64,000 bases of DNA, taken from the NCBI GenBank assembly GCA_045837725.1, contig JBEWZL010000294.1, forward strand, positions 186,001-250,000, in the 5' to 3' direction. The position numbers were made by a program, and so were the translations under genes. Shown piece by piece: positions 35,406-47,779 of this stretch. Within the stretch, counting starts at the first letter, position 1. Each line of letters opens with the position of its first letter. Under the pieces are notes generated by a model. The model was not told the origin of the DNA. It was given only the letters and a program-made list of their open reading frames with translations, and did no database searches. Source of the DNA: Vermamoeba vermiformis (Eukaryota).

Positions 35406-37509
35406 ATGACAGAAACAACAGAAGAGCTCAATGTTGAGCCTTTTCAAAATAATGGGCTCTCCATTATGCACATCAAGCTAAACGAAGTTCTTATGAAGAA
35501 GTTATCTTCAGGTCTAGCAACAGCATCTATTGTATTCAATGGTCTAAAGGCGGTAAGTACTATTTTAAGAAATTAATGTCCGCGAAAGTCGATCAAGCCG
35601 GATTTATTTAGTATTTTATTTTGGAGGTCTAAAATTGCTGGCAGACCTGATTACTCAAAATCTAAAAGTTATTTACGGGTGACATGCAATACACGAAGCT
35701 TTACAACCCTCTATTTCTGACTATTCGCAAAATTAAAAATCTTTTCATCTGAAATGACCTCGCAAACAGTCAGCCATCAAAATCACGTAATAATACGTGC
35801 ATTATATATTCTCATAAAATGGTGTAATTAACGCATCATTTTGTGGTGTACAATCGGTTCTAAGTTGGGTTTTTCGAACGGAATTTACACAACTCTGAAA
35901 TTTCAACTAAAATTAACCCGATGGACGCACTGCACATAGTATTATAACATAACAATAATGTACTCGCTACAGTGCGAGTTAATCCGGCTTTAATTGTCAG
36001 CAAATTTTTGTTCTGCATAAAATAACAGTTTCCATATTTGGACCTACAGTCACGTGCTAACACCTCAATTCTTGCAGACGCTGAATGTGGGTGGTGAGAG
36101 CTACACCGTGCAAGTCACGCATTCACAGCCGCGCAAACACGTGTGTCTTGCCCCTGACGCGGACAAAGAGAACTGCGTGCAACAGCTGGGCTGGGTGGAC
36201 AAGCGACTGCAAGTGCAAACAGCGCTGAGCCACTCCATGAAAGAGCGCATGAAGCAGACCTGGCGCGAAGAGGAACAGAGTAAGTCGTGACTATTAAGTG
36301 CCAGTGTAGTGTTGTTAATCGCTGGACAGAGGAGAAAAGTGCGCAGAACACGGCCAAGTTCATTGACTCCAGGGCTGACTTGCGCAAAGAACGTAAGTAC
36401 AACTGTTGTTGTTGTGCATATGAAGGGACAGTGCATCTAACAGCGCTGCAGACTTCAAGTCCATGGAAGAGGCCAAGAAAAAAGCGAGTGTCACTCCCAA
36501 GCAGGTCGAGAAGAAGCGCGAAATCAAAACAGTGCAAATACGCAAAGAGTGAGTACTAACAGCTCCATATATATAATGCCCTAATGTCGCAGCACTGACC
36601 TCTCCGCAGAGACACACGAGCCACCAATGGTCGAGCAGCAATACCACCGATCACTAAGACAGCACCAGATATCAAACAAGAGCGCACTGGCCAAAAAAGG
36701 AAATCAGTGTCACCGCCCAGATCAGCAGATCGCGGCATCAAACGCGACAACAAATCAGCCACAGAGGACTCAGAGCCACCGAGGAAACGACCGCGATCAA
36801 ATTCACCGAAAAAAGATGACCCTGCACCGGTGACAGCTGTCAAACCGAGTGCTGCACCACAACCAACACGTGCTCAGCCCCCACAATCCAACGGTCGTAG
36901 TGACAGCACGAGTGTGTCGCGCAGTCTAGATCCAGCGCGCGATGAACCAGCCAAGCGCGAGCGGAGCAAATCAGCCATTCAGAGCACGAACAGCAGTCGT
37001 ACGATGAGTTCAGCGTCGAACGGTGAGAGTGCAGGACGGGGGCGCAGTGCAAGCAGCATATCAGGCACGAACAGTGGGGGCATTGACCCACTCGATGCGA
37101 TTGATCTCAATGCACCGCTGTCGGATGTGGACACGTCGAAGGAGATCGAGTCAATAGAGCAATTCATCGAGTACAACAGTGCTTGGGATAGCAAATACAA
37201 CATGTATATAAAACTGTATAAACAACTGGACAAGAACAAGAAGCAGATCGAGCTGCTCAAAGACAACTATTCAACAGCCAGCGGCGACCAGCGACAGCGA
37301 ACTGCAGAACAAGTCAAAAACCTGTATATAGAACGCAATCAAGTACGTATATACTTGTTATTATAGTAACACGAGCTCATCGGTGGTGTTCTTAGGTGGT
37401 TCAGAACATGCGCGCCAAGTACGAGCAGTTGCACGGTGAACTGACCGATTTGAAAGCGAAAATCAACTCTTTTATCGCCAAAGAGATCGAAAAGCAATAT
37501 ACTAAGTGA
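35406..37509 (+). CDS. RNA polymerase II elongation factor ELL-like protein (C-terminal occludin/ELL domain)
   Basis: N-terminal HIKL...QLGWVDKRLQVQ, a low-complexity middle, and a C-terminal IESIEQFIEYNSAWDSKYNMYIKLYKQL...YEQLHGELTDLKAKINSF. Confidence 0.7.
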
Positions 37510-38044
37510 GGACACTATGTAGTGTATATAGAGACATGTCTAGTGTGCCTTGTTTGGTGTCGATTGATTTGCAGACCAGATCTGGAGGCGATGCATCCTG
37601 TGACATTAATAAACCTTGTAAGTAAGCCAATCATCGTCGTCATCCCAATACAGCACAATACACGTCACAATCAGCTCAATATTGTGGGTTACAAGACCGT
37701 TCTGTACAATATCCGCTAATCGAGGATTTCACTGGAATTTCAGTTGGATCTGACCAAAGTCGTCACTGATGACGCGTTAATCGGCGAATCATAAAGACCT
37801 ATCTTTGCAGGAATGATCTCTTCATATGGACGAATGATATCAGAGCGTGACGTGGCCCATGATCAAACCGCTAAAAAATTAAGAAAAGGTGCGTGCAAGT
37901 TCCACGCGACAAAAATCAACTTTCAGCGGCACATCATTTGTTTAATACGCCAAAAGACACCACAACACCTTATTGGTTCATATAAGACGAACTTCGTCGT
38001 TATATACTTCACCTTACTTAACGTTAAGACAATCCACAAGAAGT

Positions 38045-39214
38045 ATGAAATTCCTCGACATCAGCAGTCTGGCGATATTGACGACTCAATTGACGCGTAT
38101 CGATGCTGGAGACAGTTATATATATGGGAGGATAGAAGCCTATTCATGTACGAAACAAATCAAGCGAATCGATGGCGCTCGATCTTCCGCCGACGAAAAT
38201 GATAAATAATTAATACGCCCTTATATCAATAGGTAAAAAGGCAGGCTCAGACAAAAAACTTTACAAATCATTAGAACAACAATATCAAGATGAAATTGCG
38301 CGCTCGCCTGACATGGCGCTGCTTTCATCTTCTCCATTCGGACCTCTCAACGAAAAACAGAGCCGTTTAACTCTTATTGAACTAATATCTACTCTCAATG
38401 CTGCTTTTCAAGATTATGACTTTAGGTACGCATTCAATTTCAGTTGGTGAACCCTAAATAATTTTTATTAAACTTGGATTTGCAACGGGCACTCCATGGA
38501 TAATGATTCTAATAACTCAATTAGATTAAATATCTCAATAATCATCTTACTTAACGAAGATACAATCTAATTCACACAAGTGAATTCAAACTCGAATTTT
38601 ACTAATTATTTTCAATAATTTTTCGGCGTACAACGGCTAGTCGTCTTAGTTATGCGCCACGAATCACTTTTAATTCACTACAAAACACAAATATAATTTC
38701 TGGTCGATATAGTATTAATACGTAATGTTTCAGCGACCTCAAGCCCGAACAATTCCGCAAAGAGCCGTCAATACACGCGATCTGCTTGCATATTGACAGC
38801 ATGCTGAGTTCTCACATTCCAAACTACGAGGAGTTCAAGGGCAAGATGTGGACCGCTATTGATCAAGAAATTCAACTCAGAGACAGCCTAATTTATTCGT
38901 TGGTTCTGGCTGATCCTGATTCCGATCCTTTCGCTGAAGACGGCAATGTGTAAGTTTGACATGAGAATATGATATAGCAATGTATATTACATCGACTAAC
39001 GATCACTATATACATTTAGATGGAACTTTAACTACTTTTTCTACAATAAAAAACTGAAGCGGATCATGCTGTTTACCTGTCGTGCGCAACGAAAGGAGGT
39101 AGCAGCTGAAGGGTAAGTAGCGCAATACATATAGTCACTGTGGAGTATATGCTGATGTGAGCACTTAGTCTGACGTACGACGATATGATCGGCGAAGAAA
39201 TGGAGTTGGACTAA
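38045..39214 (+). CDS. MAF1: Repressor of RNA polymerase III transcription MAF1, multi-exon
   Basis: MKFLD...GRIEAYSCKKAGSDKKLYK, GPL...SRLTLIELISTLNAAFQDYDFS, WTAIDQEI, PDSDPF and WNFNYFFYNKKLKRI. Confidence 0.95.
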
Positions 39215-39700
39215 TGGATCCGCAACGAGTTCAACTCGGACACTAATTGGCGCTACACGATTAGTCTCTGTAGTATTATTGTGGCATATTTATAACACGT
39301 TGTTGCGCTGACTAAGACTGATAATTACATTAGTTTAATGTATTAGTCTTGTTCGTAGTGGCGTGTTCGTATTGATGTAGATAGAGTTTTTGTATTATAT
39401 ACAGCTGTAGTTAGTTAGTTAGGAGAAATAAATCTCATTTCTATTAACTAGGCCTATAGACGACGTAATTGTAACAACAAAAAGAAATGTGACCTCGATC
39501 CACGATACTGGTTGCAGCTTTCAATAATTGGCAGGCTCAGTTTGGCAACATGATGACCTATATTAATATCAGCGGTATTGAAATCTCATTGGTGAATCTG
39601 CCCCTACAAATCCTATATTTTTAAGACTGTCGACGAATATTTTATTTGCTTTTCAAAAACATTTATCAGACCACACAGCTAACCATTTGTTCATTAAAGC

Positions 39701-40702
39701 ATGGAAAATAATAATACAAATCAGAGTACCAACACTAACAACAACAATGGCGATTACTTGACGAGATTGCCGGCAGATGTGCTGCAAAATATTTTCAAAT
39801 ATATTCCTGCGGCCAATCGCATGAAAACGTGCGTTAATTTGCGTCGTGCAAGCAAAGGAGCGTATTCAATAGGCACAGATGAATTATTGAAAGCAATTAT
39901 CGACCAGATCAACACTGCTTTACTCGCATTGCAAGAACGGATTTTGCAACTTCAAAACAGAGCCAATCAGCAACAGAACAGCGTATTGACCTCTGTATTT
40001 CACAACTTGCCCAAGTACCACGAGCGACTCACTGTCGTGCAAAATCGCGTCAGACAGCAGCAACAATTGCGCCAAGCCTTGTACAACCAAGATCCACTGC
40101 CCTTTGAGGTCAAACAACAGCTCGTAGCATTAGTGCCTCTCACCTCTGAACTACTCAATGCGCAGATGTTATTGAACGCCGTCAAGTAAGATTTTGATGC
40201 AAAAGTCCCTTCCATCTGAACGTGTCTAACACTGACCGCTATTTACAGGACTGAAGACATTCGCATCACTGCTGCATTCACGTGTAAGTATTAGCTCGCT
40301 AGTACTCCTTGTTTATCTGTCTAATTACCTTAATTAGACGATCCGTATCGAGATCCACTGCGCGTACAGCCAATGCCCCATGTACCCTTCCCGTACATGC
40401 CAGATCCACTCAATCCCACTCCTTTTGCACCACAACCACCCATATTCCCGCAACCAGGACCCTATTATGGCGAGCCTAGTCCTGATGAGTTACGGCCTCC
40501 TGGCTTTGACGATGACTATGGTGCGCGTGACTTGGATCCACTCGGTATCGGAGGTGCTCCGTTCCCTTACGGTCCATTTGTACCAGGCCCTGGTGGTCGC
40601 GGTCGTGGTCGTGGTGTATTCCCACCTCCCAATCCTAACATGCCTCCTCCTAACCCGTTCAACCCACATCCAACTCGTCCGACCGGTCCTCGCTGGTTGT
40701 AA
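39701..40702 (+). CDS. F-box protein with proline-rich, PI31/FBXO7-like C-terminal region
   Basis: LTRLPADVLQNIFKYIP (F-box). The last exon is Pro/Gly-rich with RPPGFD, YGARDLDPLG and GRGRGRG. Linked by introns near 40185-40248 and 40284-40337. Confidence 0.65.
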
Positions 40703-40785
40703 ACACATTTTTGTTATGGTAATCCAAAATTAGAAACAAGTGCTTTTAGGAATAAACAAACAGTTTACTAAATATGATTACAAGA

Positions 40786-43700
40786 TTACGCTTTGTTGAA
40801 CTTGCCAAGCAGTTCTTCAACACGAGCAGTCAAGTACTGCGGCGTCAACTCTTCATCTGACTCTTCGGCGGTGATGGCACGTGCCAAGCGGTGTGACATG
40901 TTGTGCAGTGTGGCTTTGAGCGCTGATTTGTCGCTGCGACGCACCTTCTTGTCTTGACTCGGCGCCATTGTAGCAATTGCACGCAAGACGCGATAAGCAG
41001 CGGGCAAGAGCTCGTTGTCTTGCTTCGACAGGTAGGACTCGACAAAACTGCCAAACTCAGCCGTGGTGACTGCTGATCGGCTGACTACTGCCAACACAAA
41101 GTCCGCGTCGTACGTCAAGCCAGTGCTCGTGGTGGGCAATTCCTCGGGCAAGTTGTCAGGCACGTCAATGTTCTCGATGACACGTGTCAAGACGTGGTTT
41201 ACGAGACTGCGCAGAGCTGAACGTTGTTTGCTGAGCACAATCAAGTCTTGCAAGCGAATAATCTCGTGGTGCCGAGCCATGGCCTCATCAGTGACGTCTT
41301 CTTGGTCTCGCAAGAATGACAGCGTGTCATCAACGAGCTTGAGACACTTCTTGTGCGGAATAATGCTGCTGTCTTCTTCTGTGTCGCCGCGGTGATAGAG
41401 CTGATAGACCAATTTGAACGAGCAGCCAATCACTTGCATCACCGTCTCAGCTACAATACAAACGTTGAATAAATGCGGTATGATGGTAAAGGGCGTTACT
41501 TACTGGACAGGTGCGAGGCACGAGACACCACTGTGGCAGCCATTTCGAGCACGTGACTGATGACACCACCACTGCGAACAAGACGCATGGTGATGACATC
41601 TGTCAAAGTCGTGAACATAGTCAATAAGACGCGTTCAACCAATTGCTGCAATGTGCGTGATTGACGCTTTTCAGTGAACGGAATGACGTGCTCTTCCGTC
41701 CAGTCCACAAAGTCGCCGAATGAGGGCACCTCTTGCGAGGCAGTGCCAGCAACGTGCACCAAAAGTCGCCAGTAAGTGGTCATCAATCGCACGGCACTGT
41801 TCGCCTCTTCTTCGTCAGTCTCACGGGCCTCGAGACTGGCTTCAATAGCGCTCGTCCATTGTTCGTGAAGTGCAACGATGAGTTCTTGGATCTGATCTTC
41901 GTGCAACAACCACTCGCGCAGCTCAGCGTCAGCAATCACGTGATCAATGGTAGTGTTGTTGAGCTGGTCAGTCATGCGGCCCAAGATTGAAGCAGTCTTG
42001 CCCCAGCTGGTCAACAATCTCAACGCGGCACGAGATGCGCCAGTAGCAGAGTCGCTGTTGGAAGAGATGTTCTTGGTCACGAGTGCTGTCACGTGCTTGA
42101 GCAATTTGGGACAGTTCTCGACAGGCATGTGACGAGCAATGGTCCAAACAGCTGTCAACAACTTGGAGCTGGTCTTTTCAGCTGCCTTGGTGGCCATCAG
42201 CAATGCATTGTCGTCCATGACATCGGTCAATATCTTGTACAGGGGTTGATGTTCCTTCTCTTGCAATTGACCAGAGACAGGTTCGAGAATGGTGACAATG
42301 ATCTCAGTCAATGCTGTCGCGGTGTCGGAGTCTTGCAAGCTCAATGAGGCCTCAGCTAGTTTACAATGTCAATACACGGCATTATAAATATTATGGCACT
42401 TACCAGTCTTAGCACGCTTGGCATTGGGCTCCTGGTCGTCCTTGTCCTCGCCAGCTTCAGAAGCATCATCGGGTTTGCTCGCGACACCAGTGACTTTGAG
42501 TTTGTACCAAGGCACGAGAATCTTCTTGAACAGCTTGCCGATGAATTTGACGGCAATGCTAGGCACGAGTTGAGGTGCCAAAGCACGGTAGAACTCGAGT
42601 GCAGCCATGTGATCAGCCTCGACGAGAGTGATGCAACGAATGACCCACTGGCTGGCTGATTTCTTCACGGGGAAGTACGTGTCGGACAACAAGGCCACGA
42701 GACCTTCGACGACTTTGTTGGACTCGGGACTGGTCAAAGCAGCTCCGTCTTGCAATGAGTGCAACGACTCTTCGCGCAGTCTGGCCAACAAGTGATCAAT
42801 TGGCACCACCTCCCAGAACTTGATGGCCTTGATGCGCTTGATCTCGTTCAACAGCAACACAAAGGCGAGTCTGACCTTCTCAGAGCTGTCATGCATCAAC
42901 ACTGCAAGACGTGGCAAGTGCGCCTTCAAGAAGTTGTGTGACAAGTGATTGTCCAGCACGAGTCTCAACGCTTGGAACACTGCTTCGCGCACACGGTAAT
43001 CACTGGCGTCGAAGGCAAGTTCGTCGATCAAGTGCAGCAAGAGCGAGGACTGATAGACTGTTGGCACGAGTTCCCAGTACAGCGACAAGATGCGGCCAGT
43101 AGCGAGCACACCTTTGACGCGCACGAGGGGCACGGGGTCATTCTGCAATTGTTTCACGTGCTCGAGTTGTTCTTCGAGCTGCTCTTGCATGAGACGTGGG
43201 GGCAGGTTAGCCGGCAGCAAGGGGAACACGTAGCCGAGTTGAATGGCAGCGTTGCATCTGACACGCGGATTGGCTACTTTGAGTGACCGCCAAATGATAG
43301 GCTCGTAGAGGCGTGTCAAAAGATCGTCCAACTGTTTGATGCGCACTTTTTCTTCGACAATGCGTGCCAAGATATGCTGCACGGCTTTGAGAATACGAGT
43401 GTTCTTGACGTGAATCGAGTGGTGGATCAGATCTTGCAAGCAGTTGTGTTCTATTATCGATCCACGTGTTAGCTAGTCCATAACTCGGGTTTGATTCTTA
43501 CCAATGCGGACCAAGCAAGCTCCTTGTGCAGCCTTCCAAGCACGCAGATAAATTTCAGCAAAGGCATCGAGCTGAGACTTCTTCGCGGTCGTGATCTGCA
43601 ATAGCTCGTGAGTACAGCAATGCATTGGACAGTGCATGATTGATAACTTACGCCCGACTTAATGGTACGATGCAACTCGTCAACGAGTGGTGCGCTGATG

Positions 43701-44667
43701 GTGAACAAGTACGACAATAACTTCTTGCCTTCGTCTTTCATCAAAAAGAACGGATGTACCACGCAGCGTTGCAACAATTGCTTAAGAGCGACAGAGCTGT
43801 GGATTATTAGTACATATATACTTTAATACAATAATAATGGCGTACCTTGGAGCAACAAAGTCGATGAGACTCAAACCCTCCTTCAAAGCATAAAGTCGCT
43901 TCAGATCTGCAACTTTTGGTGTCTCGTCATCGAGGGTCTTGCAGACGAGATAATAGATAGTCTGCGGTACTAAGGCCTCGCGACCATCGCGTTGTTGATG
44001 ATACCACAACTCGCACAGCTCACAAATATCGGCTTGTAACGCTCTGTTATCGTCACCAAGTACCAACAACAGATCTACGATAAATATTAGCGACCATGTT
44101 CTTAATCATATTAATCGCACTTACCGTGAAGGGTGCAGACAGTAGTATAAACACTCTCTGGTGCAATGCGCTTCGAGTTCTTAACGAAGGCAGTGACTAC
44201 GCGTGTAGCAGATCTGATAGCAGCCACTTCTTTCTTTGAAAACTTCTTTGTCTCTTCATCATCTGCATTATTATGTCTGCGACTGTTCTCTTTGTCCGAA
44301 TCTTCCTCTGCGTTCTCTTTGGCGGTGATAAATGAAGTGACATATTTGTTCAACAGATCACCAAGCTCTGGGTGGTCCTTGGCTGGAATGCCGTCGAATA
44401 ATTCCTCTAATTTATCGGCAGTAGTTGCCTAAAGCAAAAGCAGTGAATAAACGAAGGATTGTTAAATTTATTAGTTTTTTTTGTTGTTTTGTGTTTGAAT
44501 GCAATCAGTTTCCGTGGTCAAAGAATATATTGTTATGTATTTTGATGATTTATATAGTATCTGCAATAATTTTGGGCAAGATTTACCTGTTCTTGCACGA
44601 ATGTAACAAATTCGTTACTTCCAACATTCTTTAATGTTGAAAACAATTGCTTGCGTGCCTTCTGCAT
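40786..44667 (-). CDS. NCAPG2: Condensin II complex subunit G2, multi-exon HEAT protein
   Basis: LCELWY..GREALVPQT, RLYEPIIWRSLKVANPRVRCNAA, DPVPLVR, LAFDAS..VR, HDSSEKVRLAFV.LL..IK and IKFWEVVPIDHLLARL. Confidence 0.9.
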
Positions 44668-44714
44668 GATTGAATAAAGCAAGCCTCTTCTCTATCACTA
44701 AGAGCAATTAAAAA

Positions 44715-44759
44715 TTCAAAAAACTCAAAAGTTCCCGTTGGCGCGAAAAAATTGGCGCG
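44715..44759 (-). promoter_or_regulatory. Tandem E2F-like sites and a CHR-like TTTGAA in the NCAPG2 promoter
   Basis: TTGGCGCGAAA at 44738-44748, TTGGCGCG at 44752-44759 and TTCAAA at 44715-44720 (TTTGAA on the gene strand), all within 100 bp of the ATG. Confidence 0.5.
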
Positions 44760-44949
44760 TTTCTTTTCATTGTTTCTAGTCTTCATAATTGGACTATAGT
44801 CCTGTTTATTGCATTATGAATTACTTCATAGCTTTGCACGTTATCTCTTGGCAGAAAGTGCTGGTTCACGCGTGCATTCGAACAGCTCCGCGCCAATCTG
44901 ATCTCATCTGCTTAAATACACTGTAATACTTCTTCAGCGATTGGGCTTT

Positions 44950-47170
44950 CTAGGGTTTGTTCTTCAAGGATATTAGAAACTTTAGGAGCTGCTCCTGAGC
45001 GAAGTCAGTTGGCAAGTAGACGCTGTTGCTGTCTTTGTCCAGGTCAAATCGGTTCGAGATGATGATGTTTATCTTGGAGAGATCGATGCGCTTCAATATC
45101 GATGCATGAGCGAGGAGATTGACGGCTCCAGTGACCTGCGCAAACCTGTCGTGAAACAGCTCTGGATCAAACAGCAACGACTTGGCTTTGAGTTCTTGTC
45201 GCAGCCTCTCCATCATCCCCGACAAGATCTCCAAGTACTGCGTGTTGAATGGGTTGATGAGGTGCCAGGTCGCAATGGCGTCTGAATTGTCCTTCAAAAA
45301 CTGCACGACTTGATCGATCGACACCGTGTTGGCCAAGACGAGTGTAGCACCTTTAGAAGTGCGCACGAATCTACATAGCACTCCTTGTTGCGACTCTTGG
45401 CTCTCCTGCTCCTCGCTCTCACCGATCTTGCTTTGATCCTCCTCGATGACATCTTTAGTGATATTCTCGCCTTCAATCAGCACCGTGGACTTGTTGTTGA
45501 ACAGTGGGTTCTTGTCACTGACAATACGCAACTTGATGCCCTCAAGATTAAAGTCTTTGAGCTGTGTTATGCCACCAAGTAATTCTTCCATCGTGTTGAT
45601 TGCCTTCGCGATGCTGACATCTCCATAAGAAATTTCACCTAGTCTGAGTCGTGACCTCAGCTGAGTCTCGCAGAACTCGGTGAGCACCACTTCCTCACGA
45701 ATCTGCGTGCGTTGTTTGCCAATTACACCGAGGTAACCATCCAAATAGGTGCAGAAATCCTCCCACTGTCAGATCGGTATTAGTAAATGTTTCAATAGCG
45801 TTACGCGGGCACTTACAGTTGCGTGGAATGGCACTATAACAAATCCCGGCATTTGATCGGGTTTTACAAACTGGTCGGTGTCAATAAACAGCACTGGAAT
45901 TTTGTTGTTTTGGATGAAGTCCCACTGATACTTGCGATCAGAGAATGTTTCCAAGGACTTGAACGTGTTCAACGCTGCTTCTTGTTGCTCGCCACTGAGT
46001 GTCGGCGCATAGAAGTACATCTGCGAGTAGAAGAAGTCCATGTAGGTCAACATCTCGCCTGTTTTCACGAACTTTGCCAGCTTCAAGTGCGGCATAATTG
46101 AGCGCGGAACAACTTTCATTTGTTCGTCGATCATATCTGCACAATATGATTAGTTCGTGTTAAAATCGATCGCTATTGACGTTTAGTTATTGTGTTGATA
46201 TCGCAAGTCGTTTATACACGAACAGCATTGGCAAAGCCGCTGAATCGTGGGATTAATACTTGCTTCTCGAGGCTCCATAGTAAAGCAACACCTATTCCTA
46301 TACCTGATATGGCCTTTTTGACTCGTTTGTGCGCATTTTTATCAACGGTGAATGCGCCCTTGGGTTTATAACCCTGTTTGGCAGAGAGCTGTTTGTCAGT
46401 GTGCAGCAAGTCCTTGAAGAGGTCTTCAGACAGCTCAACACGTGCCTCTTTGAACAGTCGACGGATGTATAGCGCTGCTTCACGTTCCAAGACCCACACT
46501 GGATTCTGCTTCATAAAAAAGTCGTTCGGAAAACTGTATTCGAGCTTGATCCGCTCAAAACCATCAACTAGTGCAGCACTCATCTCAGCCTCAGTCTGCT
46601 CTTCGTCCTTAACACTGTCTTGCTTGTCTATGCGTTGTTGAATGGACTCGATTCTCTCTCGTACAACAGAGGCGCTGTCAGGTACATCCAACTTCGGTTT
46701 GGCCAGTGCCTCGTTTTCCTCTTTCTTGGGCTTATCCATGGGTCGCAAATAAAACTCGACTGCAAATTGCTGAGTCACTTTGTTCTTGTCGAAAGTGAAG
46801 TAGTTAGGCACCTCCGGATTCCAACCTGATCGCGATCAACAATTTTAGAATAATTTTCCAATATTCCACGTTATTCGCAGAATAAATGTATTGCTTGATC
46901 AAATCACTTACCGGTCCCAGAGTGATTTTCAAGGACATCCAAAAATGAGTTCAATTGTTTTAACGACTTCTCGTTGATAGACTGCATATTGGGCTGAGCC
47001 GTGAAGAAGTCAGGGTGCACTTTCAATAAAAATTGATTCAATGTCTTGCGCAAACGACCAATGTTCTCAGAGGCATAAGATCTCCTGGATTGCTTGACAA
47101 ATTCAGGAGTTGATACCCTAGAACCAAGCCTCCATAGGCACGTAGCCTTCACAAATACAGACTTGAACAT
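44950..47170 (-). CDS. TCAIM-like mitochondrial protein (DUF4460/DUF4461)
   Basis: Mitochondrial-type presequence, then LNQFLLKVHPDFF...INEKSLKQLNSFLD (DUF4460 J-like HPD segment). 4 exons. Confidence 0.7.
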
Positions 47171-47339
47171 ATTAAAGTCTGTTTAGTGTGAGTGCGTGTC
47201 AGGCAAGATCGCCAAAATGACATAAAAAATTTTTACTTTGTTTTTATCAAGTTGCCAGTAACAGGCACAGCTGACAGTCAATTTCGCGTTGTTAATTATA
47301 AATATCTATCGCAAATATCGCTAGTATCGTTTTAGTACC

Positions 47340-47779
47340 ATGGCCTCGCTACGGAGTCAGGTGATACAGCTCTACAAACAAGTACGCAGCACATCTGAAG
47401 CCGAACCCTCAAAATTTCATCATAGAGATGAATAAAAGCATTACCCATATTTTCCATAATTAAGAAAATTTCTGTTGCATTTTTCGATAAATTTCTGCAC
47501 GAAATTTGGTAATCTTGATTTTTATTTAGATCTGCAATTCCTAACTTTCCTATTAACTAGTTCCTATGGGCATCTAAGTCCTACCCATCTGGCTATGCTG
47601 CTGCCAGAGTTAAAGTCAAAGACGGCTTTATGAAAATGAAGGATGAGAAAGACCCCACAAAAATAACAGAGGCTATTGAACGCGGCAAATACATTATTAA
47701 AGAGCTCGAAGCATTGCATCAGCTGCATAAATATCGCTCTCTCAAAAAGAGTTACTACGGCTCTGATCCCGCAGAATGA
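47340..47779 (+). CDS. ETFRF1: LYR-motif protein 5 / ETF regulatory factor 1, 2 exons
   Basis: MASLRSQVIQLYKQ|FLWASKSYPSGY...FMKMKDEKDP..I..AIERGKYIIKELEALHQLHKYRSLKKSYY; intron 47382-47560. Absent from the ORF track. Confidence 0.88.

Larger units (their letters stand above)
4252..41189. repeat. Dispersed palindromic 12-mer TGACA(SS)TGTCA, at least 22 copies
   Basis: TGACACGTGTCA at 9731, 11491, 14149, 23292, 23445, 26292, 26661, 26817, 30742, 31290, 31605, 34864, 41178. TGACAGGTGTCA at 11962, 12517, 12910, 13630. TGACACCTGTCA at 4252, 14254, 14359, 24783. TGACAGCTGTCA at 36831. Confidence 0.92.
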
